DNA from: Prorocentrum cordatum
Taxonomy: Eukaryota
Assembly: GCA_963575745.1 (NCBI GenBank)
Contig: CAUYUJ010000026.1
Coordinates: 372,001-436,000 of the forward strand
Reading direction: 5' to 3'
Length of the DNA: 64,000 nucleotides
Positions 38,535 to 50,570 of the stretch are shown here, in pieces (the first letter of the stretch is position 1; the number at the start of each line of letters is the position of its first letter). The position numbers and the translations under genes were made by a program. Under the pieces are notes generated by a model. It did no database searches. It had not been told where the DNA came from and was given only the letters and a program-made list of their open reading frames with translations.

Positions 38535-38712
38535 CCTGCCAGCTCGGGCGCGGCGTTCCGCTGCAGTGCGGCGGGGCCGCTCTGGGCGGCCAGCATCAGC
38601 AAGCCATGGGGCCTTGTCCAGAGAGGGGCGGAAGGGACGGGGCGAAGCAGCGGCCGGGGGGCCGCCCTGGCGCTAGCTCGCAAGCCGGGCAGGCTAGGAC
38701 CGAGCTGGCGCT

Positions 38713-39010
38713 AGGAGGGAGAAGGAGGAGGAGGAGAAGGAGGAGAAGGAGGAGGACCAGGAGGAGGAGGAGGAGGAGGAGGAGAAGGAGGAGGAGGAGG
38801 AGGAGGAGGAGGAGGAGGACAAACAGGAAGAGGGACAAAGAGGAAGAGGAGGACAAGGACGAAGAGGACGACGAGGGCAATGAAAATGATGAGGACGAAA
38901 GCGAGGACGAGGAGCAGGACGAGGAAGAGGACGAAAACGAAAAGGATGACGACGAGGAGGAGGAGGAGGAGGAGGAGGATGAGGACGAGGACGAGGAGGA
39001 TTAGGACGAG
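38713..39010. repeat. (GGA/GAC)n low-complexity tract
   Basis: Visible directly. Confidence 0.9.
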
Positions 39011-39024
39011 GATCCTGGCAGCCA

Positions 39025-39615
39025 TCTGGGGTCCTCTTGAGGCCCTCTTTGAGTGCTCTTGTGATCTCTCGGGGCCACCTTGGGGCCCTCTTGGGTTTCT
39101 TGGTCCTCTTAGGGCTCTTGGGGGGGTTCATGACCCTTGGGGGTTCTCTTTGGGTTCTCTTGGGAGCCCAGGAGGGCCTCCTGGGGCTATCTTGGAGGCC
39201 GTCGATTAGCAAAAGGGGGGCGAATCATACCAAGGTCTCCCTTTCTGGGGCCCTCAAAATCGCCTATTGGGCTCCTCTTGAGGCACTCTTGGGGCCGTCT
39301 GGGAGCCTCCTGGGCCCCTCTTGGGGCTCTCTTGGGCCATCTTGGGACAATCTTGAGGACCCCAAAGCGCGTCGGAAGCGAAAACGCGAAGCAACAAATC
39401 ATTGATCTTCCTGGGTGTTTGAAGGAAATTGGCGTCTTGCGGGGGTCCCGTGGGGACACCGAGAGCATTTGGAACCCTCTTGGAGCAGTCTTTTGGACCT
39501 CTTGCATCATGTTGGAAGCCAACTTGAGCCATCTTCGGCTATCGGGGGTAATCTTGGAGGCCATCTTGGAGCATCAGAAGCCCTCTTGGAGCCATGTTGG
39601 GTCATCTTGGGCGCC
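39025..39615. repeat. GGCC..TTGG-rich dispersed repeat, related to 11970-12560
   Basis: Same recurring ggccatcttgg / gcctcttgg units. Confidence 0.6.
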
Positions 39616-42564
39616 CTGACTGCTCGCGGCCCCCCCCGCCCCCCCCCCCCCCGTCCAGACAAAGGTGGATGGGGGAGGGGGAGGGGTAACCCCTCCCCGA
39701 AGGGGAACTCGGGGGGTGTTAGAGCACACACTTTAAACCACCTCCGCACAGAGGGCTGGTGGGATTTAGGAATTCGGAGTGTCCTTTAGGCCTGCCTGGG
39801 GAGGGATGGAAGCGGCGGCAGGAGGAGGAGGAGGAGAGGGGCGAGGGTGGTGGGGGCGGATGGGGCGGGGGAGAGAGAAAAGAGAGGGGCGTAGTTTTTT
39901 GTCCACTGGCCCGTCGTCAGAGAGGGCTGGCCCGTGCAGCCCCGAGCCTTGCAGCAGCAGCCCGCTGCAGGGGAGGAGACGGGCGAGGGCGGCTGGAGTG
40001 GATGGGGCAGGTGAGGGAGGGGGGTATAGCCCAGCTGCGCAGAGATAGGACAGGGGAGGTGGAGAGGCGGGGGGGGGGGAGGTATAGAGGTGGAGAGGTG
40101 TAGAGGCAGGGGGGAGGTGGAGAGGTGGAGAGGTGGGAGGTGGAGAGGTGGAGAGGCAGGTGATAGGGGGGGGTATAGCCCAGCTGCGCAGAGAGGACAG
40201 GGGAGGTGGAGGGGCGGGGGGGGAGGAACCCATACCCCCTCTCTCTCGTAGTGCCTACATGGCGGCGGCAGGTTTTCGCCCGCTTTCGGCCGAGACTGGG
40301 TCGGGATGCAAGGCGGCCGGTCCTAGGGAAGGGGTTCAAGGATACATCTGGAGCCCCGAGCTGCGAGACAGGTCACGACGCTTGCCCAGACTCCCGACGA
40401 CGTCACCCCGAGAGGTCTCGACACGCTCACCAGGGCCACTTGTTCGTCCCGTAGCTTCTCGCTGCCTCGGGCCTCGGCGAGGGCCCCCGGAGCCCCTAGA
40501 GGCTTGACAGAGCACCAAAAAAGAACACATCCGCCGTGGGGAAGAAGAAGGAGGATGAGGAGGAAGCGGAGGAGGAGGCGGAGGCGGAGGCGGAGCAGGA
40601 GGAGGAGGAGGAGGAGGCGGAGGAGGAGGAGAAGGAGGAGGTCTGGGGAGGTCCTCGGGAAGACGACGATGGCCGCGCCATCCTTCCGGTGTGCGGTCAC
40701 CGCCCACGCGCCAGTCGGGATTATTGTGCCCGCTCGCTGCGGGGCTGCATCGGAGGTGGGCCCTGTTGAGGCAACGGCGGCCCTTCCGTCTGGCCCGAGT
40801 CTTGTCAGCATCGGCCCCCAGACCTCTTCCAGGATCCATCCCCAGATATCGAAGGCCTCGGGGTTGCTACCAGCTCCAATATCGGCGGTCTGCCTCCACC
40901 GAGGGAGGAAGATGCCGATCTCGGCGGTGGTGGTAAGATTCTGGCTTTCAAGGTGACCGAATTAGTTCCACCGGCACCGAAATCTAGGATCGCTTTTTCT
41001 CTGTGGAGGCAAACCTCCTGTGTTGGTGTTGGTGCTCGTTTCCAGGCCTCCAAAGACATGCTCGCGTCAAGAAGGACTTGCGAAGGGATGTTTTCGGCCG
41101 TTTTCTGCTCCCCAGGGGGCCCTCGCCGGGCCCCAGGACGATCCACGAACGAGTCGCGATGAAAACCTCTCCGTGGGAAAAGGGTAGGAACTTCCAGGGT
41201 CCCCGCGTGTCTGGGTCCTGGCCAGATTTGCGAGGCGGATCTGGTCGTGGCATCGAGAAGACTCAGGGAGGCCACGAGTTGGACAACACCAGGCCCTGAG
41301 ATCCGACGATGCGAAGAACTTGAGATCTCCTGAGAAAACACGCCCAGAGCCCTACGTATGATACGTTTCTGCTTCATTTGTCGAGCCGAATCGATTTGTA
41401 AGGGCCCCAGGGCCCGAAAGCGGGCAAAAGAGAGCCCAACGTGTTCAAGAATTGCAACACGCTCAGAGCTCAGGGGGGAGGGGCGCCGCCGTCTCGACGT
41501 GGCCCTCCTCCGAGATCACGCCCGAAGGCGCCGTGGAGCGGCGGCCCGCTGCGGCCTTCGCTGAACTCGCCTGTTTTTTTGTTGTTATTGGCGCGCAGGG
41601 GCTCGAGCTAAACGGTATGTTGGCGATGCCGTGGACCGTTCTCGTTCTGATGTCGTTTCGTAGCAAAGGCAGAGCGAAAACATAACGAAGTAAAACAAAA
41701 ACGAAAAGCACTGCTTAGCTCCAGCCCTGTTGGCGCCCGGTGGGCCCGGCCTCTGCTCGTCCGTCGCTGGGCTGCCCGTGGCAGGGCCTGGCTCTGGCGG
41801 CCCGTTCGGGCGCTGCCCGGCGATCTCCTTCCCTCAGCGTCGTCTGACCCACCCCCCGTCCCCAAATCCCCATCCTCATCCAGACGCCCTCCCATCTCAC
41901 CCCACCGGTGGGGGATATACTGTATACCCCTCGAAACCCGACGGAAACGGCTTGGATCCCAAACTAGGGGGGTAAATCGACTGTCTAGTGTGGGCAGGCC
42001 ACGCCCATGGGGATATGGGGTCGGCCAAACGATGCTCACTCTCATGGCCTGCCGACCCAGACTCGGGGCGACTGAGAGGAGGGTGATTGACCAGGAAGGA
42101 TACCATGCCCAGGGCTATGGTGTCTGACCCGTATCTCGTGGCCCCCTCGTCCCGTTTCAACCCTGGTCTCCCCCCTGTCCGCGCACATGCTTCGCGACAC
42201 GCTCTGCGCGCCCCCCTCCTTGGACGCCCCCGACAGACCCCCTCGCCTCGTGAACGGAATTTTGCAGACCGCGGGACCGCCCCAAACCCGATTGAGAAGC
42301 TGGTCCCGAGGAATGCGTCGAGACTCCTGGGAGTCGGCATGACGTCGGGGGTTTGGGGAGGAGGAGCACGGACCTCCGACGATATGCTCTCTGCAGTCGT
42401 CGGAGTGCTCTTCTTCGATCTCTGCCCCTGGGGCCCGCCAATGGGCCGCGGAGCCGGTCAAGACGTATGGGGCAGGGGATCGAACACATCACATCCTGGG
42501 GCCTGGAACAGGTCCGGCATACCATGCTATGCTTGTTCAGCACTTGGTGGCAAATGGCGGCCCA

Positions 42565-43755
42565 TACACATGTAGTGCATACATATAGCTACCTAAATAC
42601 ATACCGCCTGCATGCATGCATGCATAAATCCATCAGTCCATCCGTCCATGCATACATACATCAATACATACATGCATACATGCATACATATGTACACGCA
42701 GTCATACCTATACATACCTTCGTTCATTCAGCCATACACACAATCCTATATATACATACATCTATATGAATACGCACATGCATGCATGCATACATACACA
42801 CATGCATGTATACATCAATGCATGCATACATACACATGCATACATACATCCATACGTACGTGCAACGCATGCATGCAGGCAGGCAGGCATGTATACATGC
42901 ACACACATGCACATACGTAATGACATGTTCATGGAGGCATGCATACGTACACATACATGCATACGTACGTACATGCATACGTACATACATAGCCATATAT
43001 GTACATCCATACGTACAATCATATCGAGACCGAACTACATACTTACAGACATGTTTACACACGTACGCACATGCATACATACGCACATACACATAAACAT
43101 ACATGCACTCGACTATACATGCAGGTATACGTATACACACACTCATCTACTTATACATGCATATATATATATCCATAAGCATATACAGTTACTGGTTACA
43201 CTTACATAGCGCTACACCTCTCAACGCACATATGCATACACATATACATATACGTGCGCATATACCTGCACTTGCACGTGCACATATGCATTGAATTGTA
43301 CATACACATGCGGATACGTCTAGGCACGTACACATACATATGCACACATACGCTCATATACGCATACACATACACACTGTCATACACCCAGCCACATACA
43401 TGACCACAAATGCGTATACATACGTATACACATCTCTATCTATGTATGTATGTTCATATCTATAGATACACATATATATATACATATATGTATGCGTGTA
43501 TGTATGTATGTATGTATGTATGTATGTATGTATGTATGGATGTCTCGATGCATGCATGCAAATGTATGTATGTATGTATGTATGTATGTATGTATGTATG
43601 TATGTATGTATGTATGTTTGCATGCATGTATATGTATGTATGTTTGTATGTATGTATGTATGTACGTATGTATGTATGTATGTATGTATGTATGTACACA
43701 CATATATATATATGTACATGTATGTGTAGCTATGTTTATATACATGGAGGTATGT
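42565..43755. repeat. Degenerate (TACA/CATG)n array followed by its reverse complement (TATG)n from ~43440
   Basis: catacatacatg... switches to tatgtatgtatg at ~43440. Confidence 0.9.
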
Positions 43756-44689
43756 TTCAACACCTGTCGCCGGGAGACCCGGCTGGAAACATGTGCACTA
43801 TACGTTGTCCTGTGGCGTGTTTGCGAAGCCCCATGGGACGGCCGCGCAGTCCTCTTATATCGTCGGATGGCTGGGCAGACACTTAGACCTCGGAGCATCG
43901 GCCACAACAAGTCGCGCGACGGTATGTGTTGCCCAGTTCTCGGCTTCCGGGGACCCTCACCCATCACCAGGCCCAGGGACCAGGGACCGTCAGAGGACGA
44001 CCCTGGGTGCAAAATCAGACCCTGGGAATGGGTGCAGATCTATTCGGGCCCATGCTGCCCAGAGGAACACGGCTTTGGAGATCGGAGGGTATTGCTGCCG
44101 TTGCCTCCTCACTCGTCGCCACGGCTGGCGCACCTCGGGAAAGGTCCAGGGAGTGGCGGCAGCTGGCCTTGGCCGCCCCCGCGACACACAGAGATACCTC
44201 TCGAGGCTCAAGTTCCACCGGACCTACAGGCGTAAGCTGCCGCATGGGGTCCCCGCTCGAACGGGGGCCCTCCTGAGTTCCAACAGCTAGTACTCGAGCT
44301 TTCAGTGCGCCCCCCGATATGTTCACGGGTTGGTTGTTCTCATTCCTATATTCTCACGCTGCCTCGCTAGCCACGTGCTCCAGTGAGGTGCTGTTCGCGA
44401 ACAATCTAGGCCGCCTAAGTTTTGGTCGGAGTGGATGGGTCGGCTGATCGCGCCGCATCGCCGATACTGCGCTCATTCACTCGTCGCGGATGCATCGACG
44501 ACTCATGACGACTCGACCCTCTGCCCCCATTCACTCGTGCCCCATTTGTGTGACATCCAAGAAGAAGGAGTCGGTTCCAACCCAGCGCGGCGTATGACGA
44601 CCAGCTGTTTACGTGTGGAGCTTCAGCGCGTGCGTTTCGTGTTTTTTGCTCGCCTGATTAAATGATGTCCTTCTCCTTCTCAGACATTT

Positions 44690-44737
44690 TCTCGTCCTCC
44701 TCCTCCTCCTCCTCCTCCTTCTCCTCCTCCCCCTCCC

Positions 44738-44768
<31 letters not shown>

Positions 44769-44797
44769 ATCCTCCCCATCATCATCATAATCATCAT

Positions 44798-44856
<59 letters not shown>

Positions 44857-44918
44857 GCATCAGCATCAGCATCAGCATCAGCATCATCATCAGCATCAGC
44901 ATCCTCGTCGTCGTCGTC
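44690..44918. repeat. Compound (CCT)n-(CAT)n-(CATCAG)n microsatellite
   Basis: Visible directly. Confidence 0.92.
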
Positions 44919-45164
44919 CAGCAGGTCTGGCCAGGTGCCTGTCAGCTATCTGCCATACGCAGCATCCTGAATAGATTTTGGTGGTCATTCGGAATGGGGG
45001 GCCCCAGATATCTCTGAAAGGGATCTTGCGAACATTCGGACCGCGGGGATCCCGGGTAGTTTCCAAGAAAGGGTTCCTCGAAGAGTCGAAACGGAAGTTA
45101 CCCGGACAATGTCTTCTGACCAGTGGTCCCCGTATGCCCCCAGACCAGGAGGATACATGTTAAG

Positions 45165-45402
45165 GGTAGCTCTTTGGGAGACGTTATATAGGATCGGGAG
45201 TATAGCTCGCGCGCCGTTGCCTTTGGCTCAAGGCACGCGCGCCCTATTTGCCCGGACACTGCTTGTGTTCGCTATGTGTTGGAAAGATCATTACTCCGTC
45301 CACTCCCCATACTGAACTACCCCAGCATGGCATTGGACGCTATCTGCCATCCGCTTCCCATGGAATCGGATGCTATTTGACTTGCCACAGTCATTTCAGA
45401 CT
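45165..45402 (+). repeat. 5' LTR
   Basis: Aligns to 61005-61262 with 8 substitutions and one 20-bp indel, counted by eye. The outer end may extend to TG at 45158. Confidence 0.93.
45185..45232 (+). promoter_or_regulatory. TATA-like box (TATATA, 45185-45190) and DinoSL-like sequence (45213-45232) in the LTR
   Basis: GCCGTTGCCTTTGGCTCAAG differs from DCCGTAGCCATTTTGGCTCAAG by 1 substitution and a 2-nt deletion. Identical in the 3' LTR (61053-61072). Promoter function is inferred. Confidence 0.55.
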
Positions 45403-45417
45403 TGGTAGCGGAGCTGG
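45403..45417 (+). promoter_or_regulatory. Primer-binding site, initiator tRNA-Met type
   Basis: TGGTAGCGGAGCTGG immediately after the 5' LTR. TGGTAGC is complementary to the ...GCUACCA 3' end typical of eukaryotic initiator tRNAs (compare Ty1 TGGTAGCG). Confidence 0.85.
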
Positions 45418-45808
45418 CCGCACTCTCGTGTGGTCAGCTCTTGCTCTTCTTATCCTCACGCTATCTGGCACGATCTTCGCGACCGACTACCACCCTGCGC
45501 CACCACTCCAACTACATTTACGAGGATCAATTCAAGAGCAAGAAGCAGCACGAGAGGCACGACGTCTAGACAACAACATTGGTACCATATACGCTTCATC
45601 ACTACGCTATTACCAACCGCTCGGCAACGAGCCAAAAACGCAGCACTTGAAGCAGAGGCGGGGAGACCCGCAAGATAACGCGCCTCGGAGACTTGACAAG
45701 GCGCTACCCCAGCGCGGCAACGCGCCTGATAACCACCCATATCTTCACAGCCTCGGGCTGGTTATCTTCGCCATCATATGGTTCGCGCTGGGGGCAGCAA
45801 TCGGACAC

Positions 45809-47130
45809 ATGCGCCGAGGAGACAACAGCACAGATGGGCAAACACATGGCCCATACTGGGACCCCCAAGGCAACGTACCTTTCCGCGAATACGTTTATGA
45901 GGTCAACGCGTGGCTCAACGTCACAAGCGGACGTATGACGCCACAGGCCCAAGCAGCCGCCATACAACGCGGCCTGGGTGGCCTAGCGAGGACACTCGCC
46001 ATGAGGGTACCACCTGACATTATAAACTACGGTGCGGACATCGACGGTGTCCACACCGACCCAGTAACCTACAGCATGTTCCTCTTAAGCATGAAGTCCG
46101 AACGCCTGGAAGATGAGCGCCAGCTCACTTCAGGCACACAGCTCATCGACTTTCATGTGCCTCACGGAGAACGAATCGATGTAACCCTCACTCGGTTCGA
46201 GATGGCCCGTCTTGGGGCACAGTCGGTGGGGCTTGACCTTCCCAACTTCCAACTGCTCACTACTATCCTATTCCGCGCCTTAGGCGTCGGCAACCAGCGA
46301 GCCATGCAACTCTTGCAGACACTCCACCACCAAATGCCCCGAACACAACAACAGTATGATGAGTTGTGCGAGAGGATGCGTTCGATAGGCCATTTGTCAG
46401 AACGGTCTCTTGGTAACATAGGATCAGTATTTGGAAGGGGAAGGGGAACTGGTAGTGGAAACTTCTATACTACCTTAACCACTGAAGCTCGGCCTGGCAA
46501 CGGGCCCTCAAACATATGGGCCGACGATCCTGGAGAGTCTACTGCCCTACTAACAGGGGGTCGATCACAACCAAGCTGGGCAACCAGCCCCCCTCCTAGA
46601 GAACCTCAACCACACCGTTCCCTACGGGGTGAAGCGGATCCCCTAAGCGACGGTGTATCCACCTACCTAGGTAATGACGATTTCGACTCCGGCACCGACA
46701 CCGACACCATATCATCAGATGGTATCGAACCCCTAGATTGGTCAGATATCATGCAGATGGAAGGTGACAATCAGCGTGCCGAACACTTGTTCTGGTTATC
46801 ACAACAGGCAAAGCGGAGGTGGAGGAGGTTCACACGAAAACCAGTGCGTCGTGTTAGGAGGAGGATACGGAGCAGCTTCAGAGGAAAAGGTAAAGGCAAC
46901 CGGGGTCGCCGTAGGTTGAATGGACGAGGCATCTCGGCCTTCCTCCAGAGGCTTTCAGATGATCAGTATGATGAGATATTTTTCGGTGGGAAGGCCGTGG
47001 AAAAGGCCGTAGAGACACCTCAGGCAAAGGTAAAGGTCGGCGGGGAAACCCGCGAGGTAGAGACGGCCAGATCTTAAAGTGCCATGAGTGCGATAGTACC
47101 GATCATCATGTAAAAGACTGTCCAGCGAAG
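45809..47130 (+). pseudogene. gag: Gag-like region with CCHC zinc knuckle (frameshift at ~46991)
   Basis: PYWDP...FREYVYEVNAW...GLGGLAR...GERIDVTLTRFE; KG-rich stretch; CHECDSTDHHVKDC (CX2CX4HX4C) at 47080-47121. First in-frame ATG at 45809. Confidence 0.8.
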
Positions 47131-49813
47131 GGGAACGGAAAGGGCAGATCGACCGAAGTCAATTTCGGCTCAAGTGAACCAGATATTGAATACCTGAGCC
47201 TCCAAGACTTTGAGGCCGTGGAACAGATATTTTTCACTTGGGCCAGCAGCGTGGACAACTTGGATGAGCTCCAGGCGTACGGCCATGGACTGTACGCGTA
47301 CTACCTCGAGTACCACCGCAGGTTCGTTCTCGGAAATATCGAGCTTACGCCTGTGGAGCATGAAACGCTGGGAAACCAGCCCTTATCTTTCTTCGACTGG
47401 ATGTTCGGTAACCCAGGCAACACCATGGCCTACGAGACCAGTGACGAGGATGTCACTGTTGAGGCCTCGCCTTCGGATGTTGACCACAACCTTCGACATC
47501 GAACCGACCTTATGCCTGGAAACAGGCCCTTTCCAGTATATCCTCCAAACTATGCTGATCTGATGGGATTAGAATCCCAAGCGTTCACCGTGGGCGTGCC
47601 AGGGGACCCATGCGCACCACCTGGCACGCTCGCACCAGGCGAGTACGGACCGCACACGACACTGCAGACTCTCATGCAGATGCACGCTGTACTGGTCGTA
47701 GCCTATCCCGAGAGCCAAGAGAGTGTCGAGAGTGGCCACATGATGCTACAAGACAACGATGCTTGTGACGACTCGGAGCTAGTGTTAGCGGCTCTTACTC
47801 TTATCGACAGCGTGCACCCTGAGGACGTGCAGCGACATGCGTGGTATTCCAGAGGGAGATGGCGCCAAGCCCTTGAAAGGGCCATCTCCATGCGCGGTCA
47901 GGCTCTCCCTCCGCCGGGATGGGGTCTCCAGGCGGCGGGGCTACAGCCTAACCATGCGGCCGTGCGAAATATTATCGGGCAGCCTACGCTCGGTAACGAG
48001 CCTGAGCCGACTACCGTGCCGCCGACGCCGGGACAGCCAAGCGATGCTCAGACGCTTGTACAGCAGGGAAACCTGCCCGTCCCGGCTGGACCGATGACCG
48101 TCGTCATCGGCAATCCTATGTCAGAAGATGAAGAGGATGATGAATGTGGGATGTGCGAGGACGAGACCACCATTTTCATGATGGAAGTCAATGGCGAAGA
48201 CGAGGAGGTGGATTTCAGTCCCGACAGTCCTGATGCACCACCACCGGCACAAGACCCAATCGTGCCGGACTCCAGTCAGCAGGGAAACCTGCGCGCTCAA
48301 GATGCGCCGCCTGCGGCCCAACAGGAACCCCCGCCGGTTCCTGCTCAGGCTGCGTCGGCGGCTTCATCTGACGAGCACGCCAGTAGGTCTCGCTCGCATC
48401 CACGCCTTAGGGAAGAACCTCACCCGCAAGCACGGCTCCCCCGCGAATGGAGGCAAGCAGGCCCAACAGAGCATGCCGTTCGGCGGGGGGGGTCAATTGC
48501 TCGCCTACAATGACCCTAGGCGTCAAACGGGTGAGCATTCTGCTTTTGGAAAAGGCAACCCAGCCTACAGAGATGCCCAAGGCAGGTCCTTACGGGGTGG
48601 CTACCAGCTCGCGACGAACATTCGTCGTCCTGAGATAGAGGCTGCACGGACGCAGCTGCGGAATGTCATTGCGGCACGCAAGCTATACAGACCCAACGCA
48701 GTCTGTGGGCCGTGCTCAGAGCCACTCCAGGAGCACAGGCCTGGCTGTCCTGTAGGGCTCAACGAGGGCTTGAGCCCGAATAGAGGCCGCACTCCTGCCA
48801 AGGAGGGTCATCCACCGTTGGTTCCGATGACTCAGGCAGAGATCGACGAGATCAACCGTCGTCGCGGAACCACGGCTCATAGGGGCCCTATGGCTGAGGA
48901 GGCCCAGCCTCCGAGGGGACCTGCGCCTATGACCCAGGAAGAAAAATATGCGCTTAATCGCCTTCCTGGAATGCGGGGAAACCCGCATGGCGTCTCCAGT
49001 CAGTCCCAACAGCCAGCGATGATGGATGACGATGAACAGAAGGCTCAGCGAGCCGCAGCAGATGCGGAGCGCAGGCGAGTGGCAGACGCACGCACGCACG
49101 AGGCAACTCGCCAAATTCTACTGGAGTCCCAAAAGATCTATATGAAGGGGACAAGGAACCCCCCACTCCAACCGAAGGCCAAGAGCGAATCGCCTGCGCC
49201 CAGGACGCCTTCGGGGGAGAGACAGAAAACGTCAGCCCGCTCAGAGGAACTTGGGTTAGATGTGCAGATGGAGATGCCTCGCTCTGAAACGCCGAGGTCA
49301 CCGACTAGAGCAACTCCGGCACAGAGACCCGACCCTAGGCAACAACCCCAGGATTCCGTGGAGATTCGTAGACGACCGCCTAGCCGTTGCGGCTATATCG
49401 CCGGCAAGGCCAAGGCTTTCGAGCGTGCAGGGTTTACCCCTACGCCGGCCTCGCCTGTGGCGGCACGCTCCAAGAGGTCTGAGGAAGGTGCTCTATCTAG
49501 GGGTACCTGGGCGCCTAAGATCAAGGGCAGCGCCAGCCGAGAGACGCTGCGGGGAAACCCGCCGGGCGCTGCAGCTGCAGCATCCTCCTCCTCAGGAGCC
49601 GCAGCCTCATCGGTGACAGAGGCTCCTTTGCGGGGAAACCCGCCCGAGGATAAGCTGCACCGCCAAGGGGGCACTTCCTTTACTAGCGGGAGTCAGGCTT
49701 TGATCAATGATCGACATGCCCTGCGGAATCTTCCACCGATGCGCTCGGTGGACGAGGCGTTCATGGAAAGCTGCAGGCAGAAAGGTATTGCCCCGAGAAA
49801 TAATCATACAGTC

Positions 49814-50570
49814 AAGCAGCTTAGTAAATGCCCGAACAAGATATGCAGACACGCGCCTGAAAAAAAAAACACACACAATGCCGTGTGGAGCCTTGAGACA
49901 TTCGACGATCATGATGGATGGATCAATCTCGACGAGCTCGTGCGCGAGTTTCCGCGGCACAACGGACGTACGAGACAGGACGGGCATAACCCCAGACTGG
50001 ATGAGGCCAAGATCATCGCCGAGACCTTCTACGGCAGAACGGTTGACCAGATGGCTGCCATCATGATGGCGATCGTTCACGTCCGCGAGCCGGACGGTGA
50101 GGAGAAGCAGCGTCTCCAGTTCAAGGTCTTGGTACGGGATTCGGGCAAATCCGACATATTCACCCGTGCCTCGCAAGGGCACTCGTGGACGCTCCAGGCC
50201 CCTTGGTCGTTGTACAAGTACATTGTACTACACGACAATCCTGCCGGGAGACCGGCCCCATACCCCGAGGTTGCCACGCATGGCACACGATGGACATCCT
50301 TTGAGGGCATCATGTGGTATGGCCTCTCTTGTCGTCAAGAACACAACACCAAGAAGAGAGGGACAGGCCGATCACACATCCACTTTGTTCCGGCGCTTCG
50401 TCGTCGCGGTGTGCAGAGTGGATGGGGCCCCGATTCCGAGATCGTTATCTTTGTGGACTGGCATCGAGCCCTGAAGGGCGGAATCGAATTTTGCTGGTCC
50501 GACAATGGGGTTCTCCTATCTGAAGGAAAAGACGGCATCATTGAGCCGTATTATATTTCACACGTGGAAG
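49814..50570 (+). CDS. kptA: Tpt1/KptA-family NAD+-dependent RNA 2'-phosphotransferase domain inside the retrotransposon polyprotein
   Basis: Motifs in family order, uninterrupted: LSK...RH (49847-49852), DGW, KQR, RASQGHS (50165-50185), HGT (50279-50287), I...GL, RSHIHF (50369), SG, IFVD...AL..GIEF..S.NGVLL.EG..G.I.P.Y. Confidence 0.9.

Noticed and set aside
36747..39004. Long ORFs across the tandem duplication
   Set aside because: GC-rich, open in several frames on both strands, no domain motifs; length is inflated by the duplication and by (GGA)n.
39521..39545. Minus-strand SL-like word (CCGATAGCCGAAGATGGCTCAAG)
   Set aside because: Several mismatches, inside a low-complexity repeat rich in similar words; chance cannot be excluded.
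43768..43783. GCCGGG-AGA-CCCGGC hairpin outside the LTR element
   Set aside because: Does not fit the GCNNG-GNRA-CNNGC pattern exactly; single isolated occurrence.
40600..44660. Scattered exon-like patches (also 61.3-64.0 kb) that might be a host gene interrupted by the LTR element
   Set aside because: No recognisable protein motif or consistent splice chain could be established by eye.
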